Of a stretch of DNA of 64,000 bases, positions 1 through 9,343 are shown in pieces. Each line of letters begins with the position of its first letter. Position 1 is the stretch's first letter. Origin of the DNA: an uncultured Acidobacteriota bacterium (GTDB taxonomy: Bacteria; Acidobacteriota; Blastocatellia; RBC074); NCBI GenBank assembly GCA_963796275.1, contig CAWCKY010000006.1:832001-896000 (forward strand). The letters are read 5' to 3'. The notes below the pieces were generated by a model. The model was not told the origin of the DNA, made no database searches, and was given only the letters and a program-made list of their open reading frames with translations. The position numbers were made by a program, and so were the translations under genes.

Positions 1-4
1 GCGG

Positions 5-1879
5 ATGTATCGCGCCGGCGATTGGTGGTTGCGATTGATGGGACGACTGAGGCCGGGCGCGACTGCCGAACAGGCGCGCGCGCAAATGGAGAGCCTCTTC
101 CATCAATCTGTCCTCGATCATCGCATTGCGCGCCAGGCGTATGCATCGGGAGGGAACCCGGTCGCGGCTCTGGACCCGAAATATTATCCGCAGCTCGTGG
201 TCGATCCTGGTGATCAGGGTGAGACAGGCACACGGCGACGCTATGCTTCATCGCTCTATCTGCTGCTCGGAGTCGTCGGGGCGGTGCTGCTGATCGCCTG
301 CGCCAACGTGGCGAACTTGCTCCTGTCACGCGCGGCATCGCGGCAAAAAGAGATCGGCGTGCGACTGGCTCTGGGCGCGAGCCGCCCGCGTTTGATCCGG
401 CAGTTATTGACAGAGAGCGTTTTGCTCGCGTTATTGGGCGGTACATTCGGTGTACTGTTCGGGCTCTGGATCAAGGACGGATTCCTGGCCGTGAGCGACT
501 GGGGCGGTGGCGTGATGGGTGCATTGGAGCCGCGGATCGACTGGCGCGTGCTCGCTTTTACGCTGGCGCTTTCTTTGCTGACCGGGGTCATCTTCGGTCT
601 GGCTCCCGCGTGGCGCGCTACGAAAGTGGATCTGACGCCGGTGCTCAAGGACAGCCCGCGCAGTACGGGGGCGGCATCCCGTTCGTCGCTGGGTCGCGGC
701 CTGGTTGTTTTGCAGGTGGCTCTGTCATTGTTGCTGCTGGTCGGCGCGGGTCTCTTCATTCGCACGCTCCTGAATCTGCGGCGCATCGAGCCGGGATTCA
801 ACACACACAACCTGTTGCTGTTTAGCGTTGAGCCTGCGCTGGCCGGATATAGAGGCGAAAAACTGAGGCAGCTATATCAGCAGATGAGCGAGCGTCTGGA
901 GGGCCTGCCCGGCGTGCAGGCGGTCACTTTCTCGCGCGTCAGGCTGCTCGCCGGCGGTACGAGTAGCCGTGAGACTTTCCTGCCGGCCGGTCCTGATGGG
1001 AGGGTCACAGGGATCGGTAATGTGAGCCTCCTTCAGGTGCGCGAAAATTTTTTTGAGGCGATGGAGATTCCCCTGCTGTCCGGGCGCACGATCAAGCCGC
1101 AGGACGACGAGCACTCGCCACGCGTCGCCGTTATCAACCATGCGTTCGCGCAAAGATATTTTTCCAATGAAAATCCGGTCGGCAGGCGCTTCGGCTTCAG
1201 CGAGAATAGCGTTAATGAGATTGAGATCGTCGGCGTAGTCAGAGATGCCAAATATGCCAGACAGCATGACGATATTCAGCCGACGGCATATCTGTCCTGG
1301 CGACAGGATCTGCGCTCGTTGACCAGGGCGACTTTTGAGGTGCGCACTGCGGGCGACCCGGTAGCCACCGTGGGCACCATACGTCTGGCCGTTCGTGAAG
1401 TGGACGCCAGCCTCCCGCTCATCGACTTTCGCACGCAGGCCGATCAGGCGGATCAGATGCTGGCCATGGAACGTCTTCTTGCCAGGCTGCTGACGCTCTT
1501 CGGACTGCTTGCGCAGCAACTCGCTTCAATCGGTCTGTTCGGCGTATTGGCGTATGCCGTCTCGCAGCGCACGCGCGAGATCGGAATCCGCATGGCGCTG
1601 GGCGCAGACCACAGCGATGTGCTGAAGATGATTGTGCGTCAGGGGATGGCGCTCGTGATACTCGGTATCGGGCTGGGGCTGGCCGGCGCCTATGTTCTGA
1701 CGAAGTACCTGGGAAGCTGGGTCAATCTGTCGGAGATGCTGTATGGCGTGCAGCCATCCGATCCGCTGACCTATGTCGTGATCGCGTTGCTGCTGGTGCT
1801 GGTGGGGCTGATTTCGTGTTTTATTCCGGCCTGGCGGGCGACGAAGGTGGATCCGATGACGGCATTGAGATGTGACTAG
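5..1879 (+). CDS. ABC transporter permease, Acidobacterial duplicated orphan permease (ADOP/MacB-FtsX type), 5'-truncated by the window edge
   Basis: Two FtsX-like repeats: LLIACANVANLLLSRAASRQKEIGVRLALGA and YAVSQRTREIGIRMALGA. Typical C-terminus PAWRATKVDPMTALR. Confidence 0.92.
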   Translation: MYRAGDWWLRLMGRLRPGATAEQARAQMESLFHQSVLDHRIARQAYASGGNPVAALDPKYYPQLVVDPGDQGETGTRRRYASSLYLLLGVVGAVLLIACANVANLLLSRAASRQKEIGVRLALGASRPRLIRQLLTESVLLALLGGTFGVLFGLWIKDGFLAVSDWGGGVMGALEPRIDWRVLAFTLALSLLTGVIFGLAPAWRATKVDLTPVLKDSPRSTGAASRSSLGRGLVVLQVALSLLLLVGAGLFIRTLLNLRRIEPGFNTHNLLLFSVEPALAGYRGEKLRQLYQQMSERLEGLPGVQAVTFSRVRLLAGGTSSRETFLPAGPDGRVTGIGNVSLLQVRENFFEAMEIPLLSGRTIKPQDDEHSPRVAVINHAFAQRYFSNENPVGRRFGFSENSVNEIEIVGVVRDAKYARQHDDIQPTAYLSWRQDLRSLTRATFEVRTAGDPVATVGTIRLAVREVDASLPLIDFRTQADQADQMLAMERLLARLLTLFGLLAQQLASIGLFGVLAYAVSQRTREIGIRMALGADHSDVLKMIVRQGMALVILGIGLGLAGAYVLTKYLGSWVNLSEMLYGVQPSDPLTYVVIALLLVLVGLISCFIPAWRATKVDPMTALRCD

Positions 1880-1991
1880 CCGCGAGAGACCGGGACGTCA
1901 GCAACACGCGGTGGCATTTTGTGCTATCGCTCTGAATTTGAAATGGTGTAGAATCACGCCACCCCATAACACATTCCTCTGCAAATAGCAT

Positions 1992-2585
1992 ATGTTGTCC
2001 CGAAATAATACTCTGTCTATTTTCTGTCTGACGTTCATCTTCTGCATGGCCATTCTCATCAGCAGTCTGGCTGATGCCTATGGAAAACCGCGGGCGCTTT
2101 CTCGTACCCGGCTCAAGGCGCTCGATGATGATGCTCGCTTGCGGCTCAAGGCGGCGTTGCGGGATATGCGGAGACGCGGCATTCGTCCGCGCGTCAACAG
2201 CACGTTTCGGTCTCACGGCGAGCAACGGGCGATGTATCGGTGCGCCAGTAACCGAAGGTGCCGCTCCCGCCGTGGCATCTATGGAGCGAACCCTGCTGGT
2301 TCATCTATGCACGAAGCAGGGTTGGCCGTTGACCTCGGTGGGGTCGCGACGCCTCGCCGCCGCCTCACGCCGAAAGGCCGGCAGATGGTGCGGATTATGC
2401 GTCGCCATGGCTTCAACTGGCGTTATGGCATGAAGGATCCGGCCCATTTCGAGCTCAGCCCGCAGCGAGCCGGCTATCGTACCAGGCAGGCTGCGATCAA
2501 GGCGGGTCAGAATCGCTGGCGCAAGACTCTTGGGACGAAACGACGGGTGACCGCTCAGCCTCGAATAACAAGGGTATCCAGATAG
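1992..2585 (+). CDS. Secreted M15-family zinc peptidase (VanY/CwlK-like peptidoglycan peptidase), very Arg-rich
   Basis: N-terminal hydrophobic signal peptide. Motifs STFRSHGEQ, SMHEAGLAVD (SxHxxGxAxD) and KDPAHFEL (DxxH, M15C-like). Confidence 0.8.
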   Translation: MLSRNNTLSIFCLTFIFCMAILISSLADAYGKPRALSRTRLKALDDDARLRLKAALRDMRRRGIRPRVNSTFRSHGEQRAMYRCASNRRCRSRRGIYGANPAGSSMHEAGLAVDLGGVATPRRRLTPKGRQMVRIMRRHGFNWRYGMKDPAHFELSPQRAGYRTRQAAIKAGQNRWRKTLGTKRRVTAQPRITRVSR

Positions 2586-2719
2586 TGATAGATTCCTTGA
2601 TGCGATCGATTAAGATCAACTTCGCAACGGGATTCGTCAGTTTATTGGTAGTCATCCTCCAAGTTACTGGGCGGCGATTGCCATCCAGGCGACCCGGCGT
2701 TGGAATCCCGGAATAAAGA

Positions 2720-2898
2720 ATTGATCAAGTTCGTGAAGATGGATGCGGAACTGCATTTCAAAACGATATGGCGGAACGCAGCCAGCTGTTTCTACGGCAG
2801 AGGCGATGAGGCAGGTTACATTGAAGGTGATGAAGAAACCGGAATTCGTTCACCCGTTCTATTGGGGAGGATATGTCGTAGTTGGTGATGGAAACTGA
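2720..2898 (+). pseudogene. C-terminal remnant of a CHAT-domain protein
   Basis: The frame ending at TGA 2896-2898 reads STAEAMRQVTLKVMKKPEFVHPFYWGGYVVVGDGN*, the canonical CHAT C-terminal motif (HPxYWxxFVxxGD). No intact upstream ORF. Confidence 0.65.
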
Positions 2899-2907
2899 GA
2901 GCCATTG

Positions 2908-2974
2908 ACGCAAAGGCGCAAAGATTCATAAAAGATAATCGGCGATCTTTTATGTATCAATTGCGCCTTTGTGT
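2908..2974. repeat. Imperfect inverted repeat (REP-like hairpin or bidirectional terminator) between convergent genes
   Basis: acgcaaaggcgcaa (2908-2921) pairs with ttgcgcctttgtgt (2961-2974). Inner cataaaagat pairs with atcttttatg. Confidence 0.7.
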
Positions 2975-2994
2975 AACATCTCAGATATATTCAG

Positions 2995-4164
2995 TTAGAA
3001 CCGCGGAGCTAGAATCGGAACCAGCATATTGTGCTTAAAGAAATCAACATTAGTGTAATCATCTAATAATATCCCTTTGGTATCGCCTGAATTTGGAGTC
3101 CAAGTCCAGAAAGTGAAACTCATGCCATTTCTGCCGATGTAATCTACCAGGGTTCTGAGCCACACATCATCAGGTGGTTGGAGCGTCGTGCCGAACTCAC
3201 CTACCAAAATAGGAGCAATGTTCTGTTTATGAATATAACCCCAATACCTATCCCACACATCTGGTTCCAGATTGTTGGGAAAATTCGGAGCGTCGAACCA
3301 GGGTTGACGAAAGACTGAAGTGGCATAGTCATGCGGTGAATAGACCAAACGATTTGGAACATTCAGCCTGACAGGCGCGGTGCGTACACCTTCCAAATTT
3401 GCCCCCCACCAAGTGCTGCCATTGACGCGCTCAACTCCCTCAGCAATGATCAGCCAATTCGAATTGACTGCATGTATTGCATTCCCAACACGTTCTGCTG
3501 CTAATCTAAAGTCAGTGGCCAAATTGCCGGTGCCCCATTCGGCAGGTCCGTTAGGTTCGTTCTGCACGTCAGCTCCAACAACAACCGGGTTATTATTATA
3601 CCGATTCGCAAGCATGACCCAATTATCGATCCAGACTTGTTCAGAATATTGCGGTGTGTACCATAGCGGGGATTGTGCGCCCGAATCCGGTCGATGTCGG
3701 TCGAGGAAGATGCGAAGCCCGATCTGGCCGCTATAATCTACGATCTTATCCAAAATCTGTAACGGGGTCAGTCCTACCAGATCAGGATTGAGATTGACTG
3801 CGAAACTGTTAGGCACCCTCCCTGGTTGAAGCATTTCACTGCAATAGGGGATACGCAGCGTGTTGTAACCAAGAGCTTTGATCTGATCGAGCATGTCTCG
3901 CCAATTGCGTGCCCACAGCCCGTGAGGACAATAGGTGGATGTCTCAAACCCGAACCAGTTTATCCCCGTAATGCGTACCTGATTACCATTGGCATCCAGG
4001 ATTTTATTCCCTTCGGTGTGTAAATATCCTCCATTTATTTGGGCAGCTTTCGTTTTCCGGTTGTCCAGTCCCCACACCAAAGCAATCAATACACTCAATG
4101 CAACCGTGACGAAAAGAAAATACCGAAACTTCCCGTGTCTATTTACTGATGCGTTTAAGGACAT
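2995..4164 (-). CDS. Glycoside hydrolase family 5 endoglucanase (GH5_1/E1-like), secreted, no CBM
   Basis: GINWFGFET, GYNTLRIP, acid/base QNEP, YSPHDY, nucleophile ILVGEFG, WTWTPNSGDT. N-terminal signal or TM segment. Visibly more AT-rich than its neighbours. Confidence 0.93.
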   Translation of the reverse strand: MSLNASVNRHGKFRYFLFVTVALSVLIALVWGLDNRKTKAAQINGGYLHTEGNKILDANGNQVRITGINWFGFETSTYCPHGLWARNWRDMLDQIKALGYNTLRIPYCSEMLQPGRVPNSFAVNLNPDLVGLTPLQILDKIVDYSGQIGLRIFLDRHRPDSGAQSPLWYTPQYSEQVWIDNWVMLANRYNNNPVVVGADVQNEPNGPAEWGTGNLATDFRLAAERVGNAIHAVNSNWLIIAEGVERVNGSTWWGANLEGVRTAPVRLNVPNRLVYSPHDYATSVFRQPWFDAPNFPNNLEPDVWDRYWGYIHKQNIAPILVGEFGTTLQPPDDVWLRTLVDYIGRNGMSFTFWTWTPNSGDTKGILLDDYTNVDFFKHNMLVPILAPRF

Positions 4165-5025
4165 AGTTTCTCCTTTAGCTTTTGTTAAAGCGGGTGATTC
4201 AGATTTCGTTGTGTTGTCAAGAATGGGGGAATTCTTACGGGGGACAACGCTTACCGGCAGGAATCAATCAATACATAACTACACCAATGCCCTAAGCATC
4301 GATGCATAGATGCAGAAACGGCTAGGAGTGAGAAATAGTGATCTCCCCTGGACGTCTCTGCCCTTTTCGGTTCTTCACGGTTTATTTTCTGTTCAATTAC
4401 TTACTTTTTAACGTCTGAATTAGCAGATACCAACTACTATCGTGGTAGCATGCATTAGCAGTACGAGAATATCCTATTCGATTTATCTTGTTGATTGGTA
4501 GGAATTTGTAGTGCCGGGCGAATATTTAATGTTTGTGCTAATTCATAATCAAGCTTGGCTAACGGTTAGCATGTATAAGAAAATCTTAGTGGGTAGTTAA
4601 ACTATAGCTCAAACGGAAGGATCCCAGGCTTGGTCATTTCAGAGCAGGTTGCCTGGTTATTAGCTCCTTTGTAACGTTAGCAACCTGTTTATAACCGAGC
4701 TAACGGCGCTTTCTACGCCTGGTATCTCTCATATTTTCTCGCCAGCACCCTTGCCATCATAGAGCTTTAGCGTCCAAGGCTTCCACTCAAGACGATTGCA
4801 GAAAGTGTTGAATGCTTCTTGGCGCACCGAGTCAGTGCAGCATCTCCGGTGGGAAGACCCGATGATCCAAGTTCGGCGCATGCCAGACATAGCGCACCTT
4901 TCTCTACGGTAAGCTTGATTGAAGGTTTTTGAAACGAGATTTTCGCCACACTCATCGCATTTGGATTCGCGCGTGGTGTAAATACATTGAGATCTTCATC
5001 TGGGTTCGGTTGACTGGGGACCGAC

Positions 5026-5502
5026 CTACCTGCTCGGTCCTTCTTCTTTTTTGGTTAGATTAAATGTCCCGGTATAACCAGCGCTGGTGAAGAACCCGAT
5101 GAATTCTTTATTATTAGCCCGTCCGATCCAGTCAAAAACGCCTCCGTCTTTCGCCCCGAGATCGGTGGTCCCTTTGAACATCACAGCCTTGCCAACCTGA
5201 CGGCCTTCCATTTTGATCGTGTACTTGTAGGGCCGTCCGCAATCGCCTTCAAATATCGCCTGCCAGACGCCATCCTTCGGCTGCTCGACTTTGGCTTCGA
5301 GTTTTTTGCAGATATCCTTGGGCGGAGTCGATCCCTGTGCCGGGTTGTATATTCCCCAGGTGCCGGTCCATTCGCCGGATATATCGGGAACCTGATCCTT
5401 TGCCGCCGGGGGCTGGGAGTTCTGAGTTTGAGCGAGGGCAACGCCAATGCCAATGACCAGCGTGAAGCAGATCAGTGCCAGCCGACTGCGATTAATGTTC
5501 AT
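5026..5502 (-). CDS. Hypothetical secreted beta-rich protein (158 aa)
   Basis: ATG at 5502 with an AGGAGAG RBS. Signal peptide ending ALAQ. DISGEWTGTW start and alternating beta-strand pattern, with two Cys in the mature part. Confidence 0.75.
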   Translation of the reverse strand: MNINRSRLALICFTLVIGIGVALAQTQNSQPPAAKDQVPDISGEWTGTWGIYNPAQGSTPPKDICKKLEAKVEQPKDGVWQAIFEGDCGRPYKYTIKMEGRQVGKAVMFKGTTDLGAKDGGVFDWIGRANNKEFIGFFTSAGYTGTFNLTKKEEGPSR

Positions 5503-5671
5503 GATCTTCTCTCCTATTGAGGTAAATCTTGAAAAAAATTCGGTGAATCCTGCCTGAATTTTCATTACGGTAATTGGAAATGGAACACGCGGAGTATACG
5601 ACCGGCTGGTTGAACGACGCAATGAATTATGGCCGCTCCCGCTCAACGGTCTGAATTTGCCATCGGAGGGT

Positions 5672-5948
5672 ATGGGAACAGATGTCGGAGACGTATCGAA
5701 ACTGGTCATCAGGCATGGAATGACACTGGCGGTTATCGGCGTGTCGATGGGATTGATTGAATAGTTGGCATTGACGAGGACTATGTAGAGTCGTTCTGTT
5801 TGACACGAGCTCGAACGACCCGTTAATATTCGCCGCCATCGCGGTATTAATGCGGTATTAATAATGATGATATGTCGCAATAGTTGCTTGCTGGATAAAG
5901 GCGCGTCGCTCAGCGCTGGATCCGATGGAGTATCTCCGCCACGAGTGA
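5672..5948 (+). pseudogene. Degenerate C-terminal remnant of an ADOP ABC permease
   Basis: Reads MGTDVGDVSKLVIRHGMTLAVIGVSMGLIE*LALTRTM* / LFDTSSNDPLIFAAIAVL / VAIVACWIKARRSALDPMEYLRHE*. This is collinear with the end of the 5..1879 protein. It contains stops, frameshifts and an 11-bp tandem duplication (gcggtattaat x2). Confidence 0.8.
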
Positions 5949-5966
5949 TTTCCTGAGATAAAGATT

Positions 5967-6632
5967 ATGGGTAACCTGTGGATCTTCAAACTTGCGATTG
6001 GGAGTTTCGCCATTCCTATATTGATGATCGGTCTCCGGGGAGTCGTGACAAAGAGACCATTCCTTGTTTCTGACCGCTTAATTATCGGGATAATGTCGAT
6101 TTCAGCTTTACTGTCAGTTACAGCACTGCCATTTATAGCATGTGGAGGGCTGTTCTTCGATGAACCATTCAGTGCGTTCAATGTTGGGTCCGTTGGGGGG
6201 AACGATTTTAGTTTCAAGTTTGTTGGAATAATTCTACTGATAGCATTTTTAATAGTATTCTTCCTGCCATTAGGAATAGCGTTTTTTGCGTTACGGGACC
6301 AAACAGACGGATATTCGGCCTTCGGTGTTACCGATGAATCGTTTCAGGAGGCCCTGCACAGCGCGCTGAACAAACTCAACTTACCATTCGAAGAGACTAT
6401 TTTTCGTCTTCGACTGACATCGACTGGTGCAGACTTACAGGCGGTCGTACAGTCGGCGATGGGGATCGGACAACTAACAATAAAACCGTCGGAGCACAGG
6501 CCTATACTGAAAAACATTGCAGATGCTATGAATGAGTACTTCACGAAAACATCAGGCAAGTTGAATGTGGCTGCAAGCATTTATTCCATCATCATGGGAG
6601 CTTTAGCCCTCATCGCCGCATGGGTGTTTTAG
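5967..6632 (+). CDS. Hypothetical membrane protein (paralog of 6678..7892)
   Basis: About four hydrophobic segments. Shares TKRPFL, GY.A.GVT.ES...AL..AL..LNLP, GADL.A.V and GKLN with the next ORF. Low GC. Confidence 0.75.
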   Translation: MGNLWIFKLAIGSFAIPILMIGLRGVVTKRPFLVSDRLIIGIMSISALLSVTALPFIACGGLFFDEPFSAFNVGSVGGNDFSFKFVGIILLIAFLIVFFLPLGIAFFALRDQTDGYSAFGVTDESFQEALHSALNKLNLPFEETIFRLRLTSTGADLQAVVQSAMGIGQLTIKPSEHRPILKNIADAMNEYFTKTSGKLNVAASIYSIIMGALALIAAWVF

Positions 6633-6677
6633 TGCTCATCGCCGCAATTTATTGAAGCATATGTAAAATCAGGAGGC

Positions 6678-7892
6678 TTGGTTATGACATCCATTTTGCA
6701 GTCAGGCATATTTTATGGAATTACGGGCCTTTGCCTTCTAGCAATCAGCCTTCGGCTTTTCCTGACGAAAAGGCCATTTTTGTTTCCTGCCCGCTGGTTC
6801 ATCGGGATCTTAATGCTGTCGTTCTTCCCATCTATATCTTCCACCATCGGGATGATCGGCGATAAAATAGATCGCGATTATATCGACTGGTCGGGAATGT
6901 CTTTTTTGTTACTGCACGTAGGAATGCTCATCGGCCTGGTCATTTTCTTCATGTTTATATTGGCGAATGGATACATTGCAATTGGCGTAACCGAGGAATC
7001 GATGCGATCTGCATTGCAGGGTGCTCTGGAACGACTGAATTTACCGTATCGAGAGTCTATCTCGCGATTTCAACTCACAACGATCGGCGCCGACTTAAAA
7101 GCATCCGTGCGAGAAATACTGGGTATCGCAAATATACAAATAAATAAACGCCGACATAGGTCGACGCTAAAGAGTATAGCGCAGGCTACGAACGAACACT
7201 TTGCCGCAGTACCAGGTAAATTGAACACGAGAGGAGCGATGTTTTACGGTGGTTTCGGGTTATTTCAGATTGTCATGGCTATATCTATGTTGGTATTACA
7301 AATTGACCGGCGATCCATGTCGACTGAGTATATTGAAGTTGATAAATACCTTGAACCCGAAAGAATCGTTGGCAAACTTAACTGGGTTATTCGCGAGGCT
7401 TCTACGGGAAAGATATTCGATGAAGGGGCGAAAGACTTACGCCTCAAAGATATCATAGTAAAAAAATCAATAGTAAAGGAAACACCGTATGAGGACAGGC
7501 TGCATTTCCATCAAAGTATCAGGCTGAATAAAGGTTTCTACCTGGCAAGGTCGGTATACACCTACCCAGACCGATCTGATTTTAAAGGGTTCGGACTTAA
7601 AATAGACCATCGCACACGCGCCACGGCTTGCGATGGATGGTTCGACATTGATGGCGAACAACATGCGACCAAATCGAAGGATTCGGGTGAAGTAGCATTT
7701 GAAATTGGACAGGTCAACTCGAATTGGGAGGTCACTCGCACGGAATTTCTTTCCGATGTCACTTTTCGCATGAATCTTTTTGACTTCCCAGATGCTAAGG
7801 AAAATTATCCGAAATGGCGGGTGACGATCCTGAAGGGATCGCAGGTAAACTGGCCTTCTCTCGTAGATGATATTGTGGTTCCGAATAACTAA
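6678..7892 (+). CDS. Hypothetical membrane protein with additional ~190-aa C-terminal soluble domain
   Basis: The N-terminal half aligns by eye with 5967..6632. The C-terminal extension is hydrophilic and beta-rich. Confidence 0.75.
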   Translation: MVMTSILQSGIFYGITGLCLLAISLRLFLTKRPFLFPARWFIGILMLSFFPSISSTIGMIGDKIDRDYIDWSGMSFLLLHVGMLIGLVIFFMFILANGYIAIGVTEESMRSALQGALERLNLPYRESISRFQLTTIGADLKASVREILGIANIQINKRRHRSTLKSIAQATNEHFAAVPGKLNTRGAMFYGGFGLFQIVMAISMLVLQIDRRSMSTEYIEVDKYLEPERIVGKLNWVIREASTGKIFDEGAKDLRLKDIIVKKSIVKETPYEDRLHFHQSIRLNKGFYLARSVYTYPDRSDFKGFGLKIDHRTRATACDGWFDIDGEQHATKSKDSGEVAFEIGQVNSNWEVTRTEFLSDVTFRMNLFDFPDAKENYPKWRVTILKGSQVNWPSLVDDIVVPNN

Positions 7893-7918
7893 ACGAAGCC
7901 AAAAAGAATTGGCACATC

Positions 7919-8170
7919 TTGATGAAAAAGCAATCATCGCGTTTAAAGCGGCCACGTCATCCGATGCCTGAATTTGTCAGGACGGCGCTAGAAGAGAGAA
8001 ATCTGATGAGCGCGTACCTTCAGCGTCCCGCATATCAGCGAAATGATTACATCGGATGGATAACCGGGGCGAAATTGCCAGCTACGCGGCAAAAGCGGCT
8101 CGAACAGATGCTCGAGGAACTATTCCGAGGTGATACCTATATGAAGATGGCCTATCGGGCTAAGGAGTAA
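7919..8170 (+). CDS. YdeI/OmpD-associated family protein
   Basis: MPEFVRTAL...AY..RPAYQRNDYIGWI..AK...TRQKRLEQML.EL..GD.YMKM, characteristic of this family. Confidence 0.85.
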   Translation: MMKKQSSRLKRPRHPMPEFVRTALEERNLMSAYLQRPAYQRNDYIGWITGAKLPATRQKRLEQMLEELFRGDTYMKMAYRAKE

Positions 8171-8186
8171 AAAAGTGACCTGGGGC

Positions 8187-9269
8187 TCATTCCGCCTCGA
8201 GCGGCGCCGCCAACTTCATCCCATCAATCCATAATCCTCCCCTCTCGCCCGGTACGGTCGATCCATAGCGTTCCGCGTAGACCTCCGGCAGCGGTCGGGC
8301 GCCGGTTGGCGCCAGCCACAATCGCAACAGGTGACGTTTACGCTCCGGCTCCGGCCAGTCCTGGAATGCCGTGCGGTCGTGCAGCAGCGTGTGGTTATGC
8401 ACCAACTGCACGTCACCCAGCTTAAACTCCATAAACATATGCAGCGCCGGATCGTTGGCCAGAGCATCGAACATATCCAGAGCCTCGATCTGGAGAGACG
8501 TCAGAGGCGGCACCTGCGGGAAGCGGCGCGCCGATTCGATGTATTGTCTTTGATAGATAACCGAGAGCAGATCAGAATGCCAGTTAAATATTGGGATGTT
8601 GTAGTATGGTAGCTGCCCCTCTGCTGCCTCTCCGCGCCGATCGGTCGCAATCGGTTCGAACAAAATTTTAAGCAGATCGGGCCTTCTCCGTCGCATCTCG
8701 TTAAAGATGGTGACCGAACTGACCAGGCTTGAGAGACCGCCCGTTTTGGCTGGTTGCAGACACATCAACGCGACTATGTCACAGGAATCCGTGTGATAGG
8801 TCTGCCGTTCGCGCGTCTGGTAGATGCGCGCGTGCGGGTCGCTGCTGGACCGTCCCAGGTCTTTGACGTGTCCGAGCACATGCCCTTTGGCGTTTTGCGG
8901 CCGCGCATTGCCGAGGTGCGTGCCCAGGCCGAAGAAGGCGATCGCTGCCTCGCTCCTCGTCCATCGCCCGGCCGGAAGCCCGCGCAGAAGAGCAAACCCG
9001 CGCCCGTGCAGGACATCGCGTGACATGCGTTGCAGCCTTGAGCCGAGCTCCGGCAACGGGAAGTCGGATTTGCTCAGGTGAGGAAGCTCAATCCCGGATG
9101 CGGCGAATCTCCCCGTCGCGCGTTCGATCTCATCGATTTCGACACTTGAAAGATGTTCGATCCATTCGCTGCTGGCCCCCATCTCGGAGCCGTACCACGC
9201 GGATGGACCTTGAATCTCAGGCGGAAGGTTGTAAATGGGATGCGGCTTATCAGCATCGTGTGTTTCCAT
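8187..9269 (-). CDS. TauD/TfdA family Fe(II)/2-oxoglutarate dioxygenase
   Basis: HxD motif YHTDSCD, GGLSSLVSS, distal His in HNHTLLHDRTAF, RHLLRLWL. Confidence 0.92.
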   Translation of the reverse strand: METHDADKPHPIYNLPPEIQGPSAWYGSEMGASSEWIEHLSSVEIDEIERATGRFAASGIELPHLSKSDFPLPELGSRLQRMSRDVLHGRGFALLRGLPAGRWTRSEAAIAFFGLGTHLGNARPQNAKGHVLGHVKDLGRSSSDPHARIYQTRERQTYHTDSCDIVALMCLQPAKTGGLSSLVSSVTIFNEMRRRRPDLLKILFEPIATDRRGEAAEGQLPYYNIPIFNWHSDLLSVIYQRQYIESARRFPQVPPLTSLQIEALDMFDALANDPALHMFMEFKLGDVQLVHNHTLLHDRTAFQDWPEPERKRHLLRLWLAPTGARPLPEVYAERYGSTVPGERGGLWIDGMKLAAPLEAE

Positions 9270-9343
9270 TATGTTTTCGCTTTCATCAAAACAAGGTGTA
9301 AAGACAAGCCAGACCGATTACGACCATATTTTCACACAAAACC

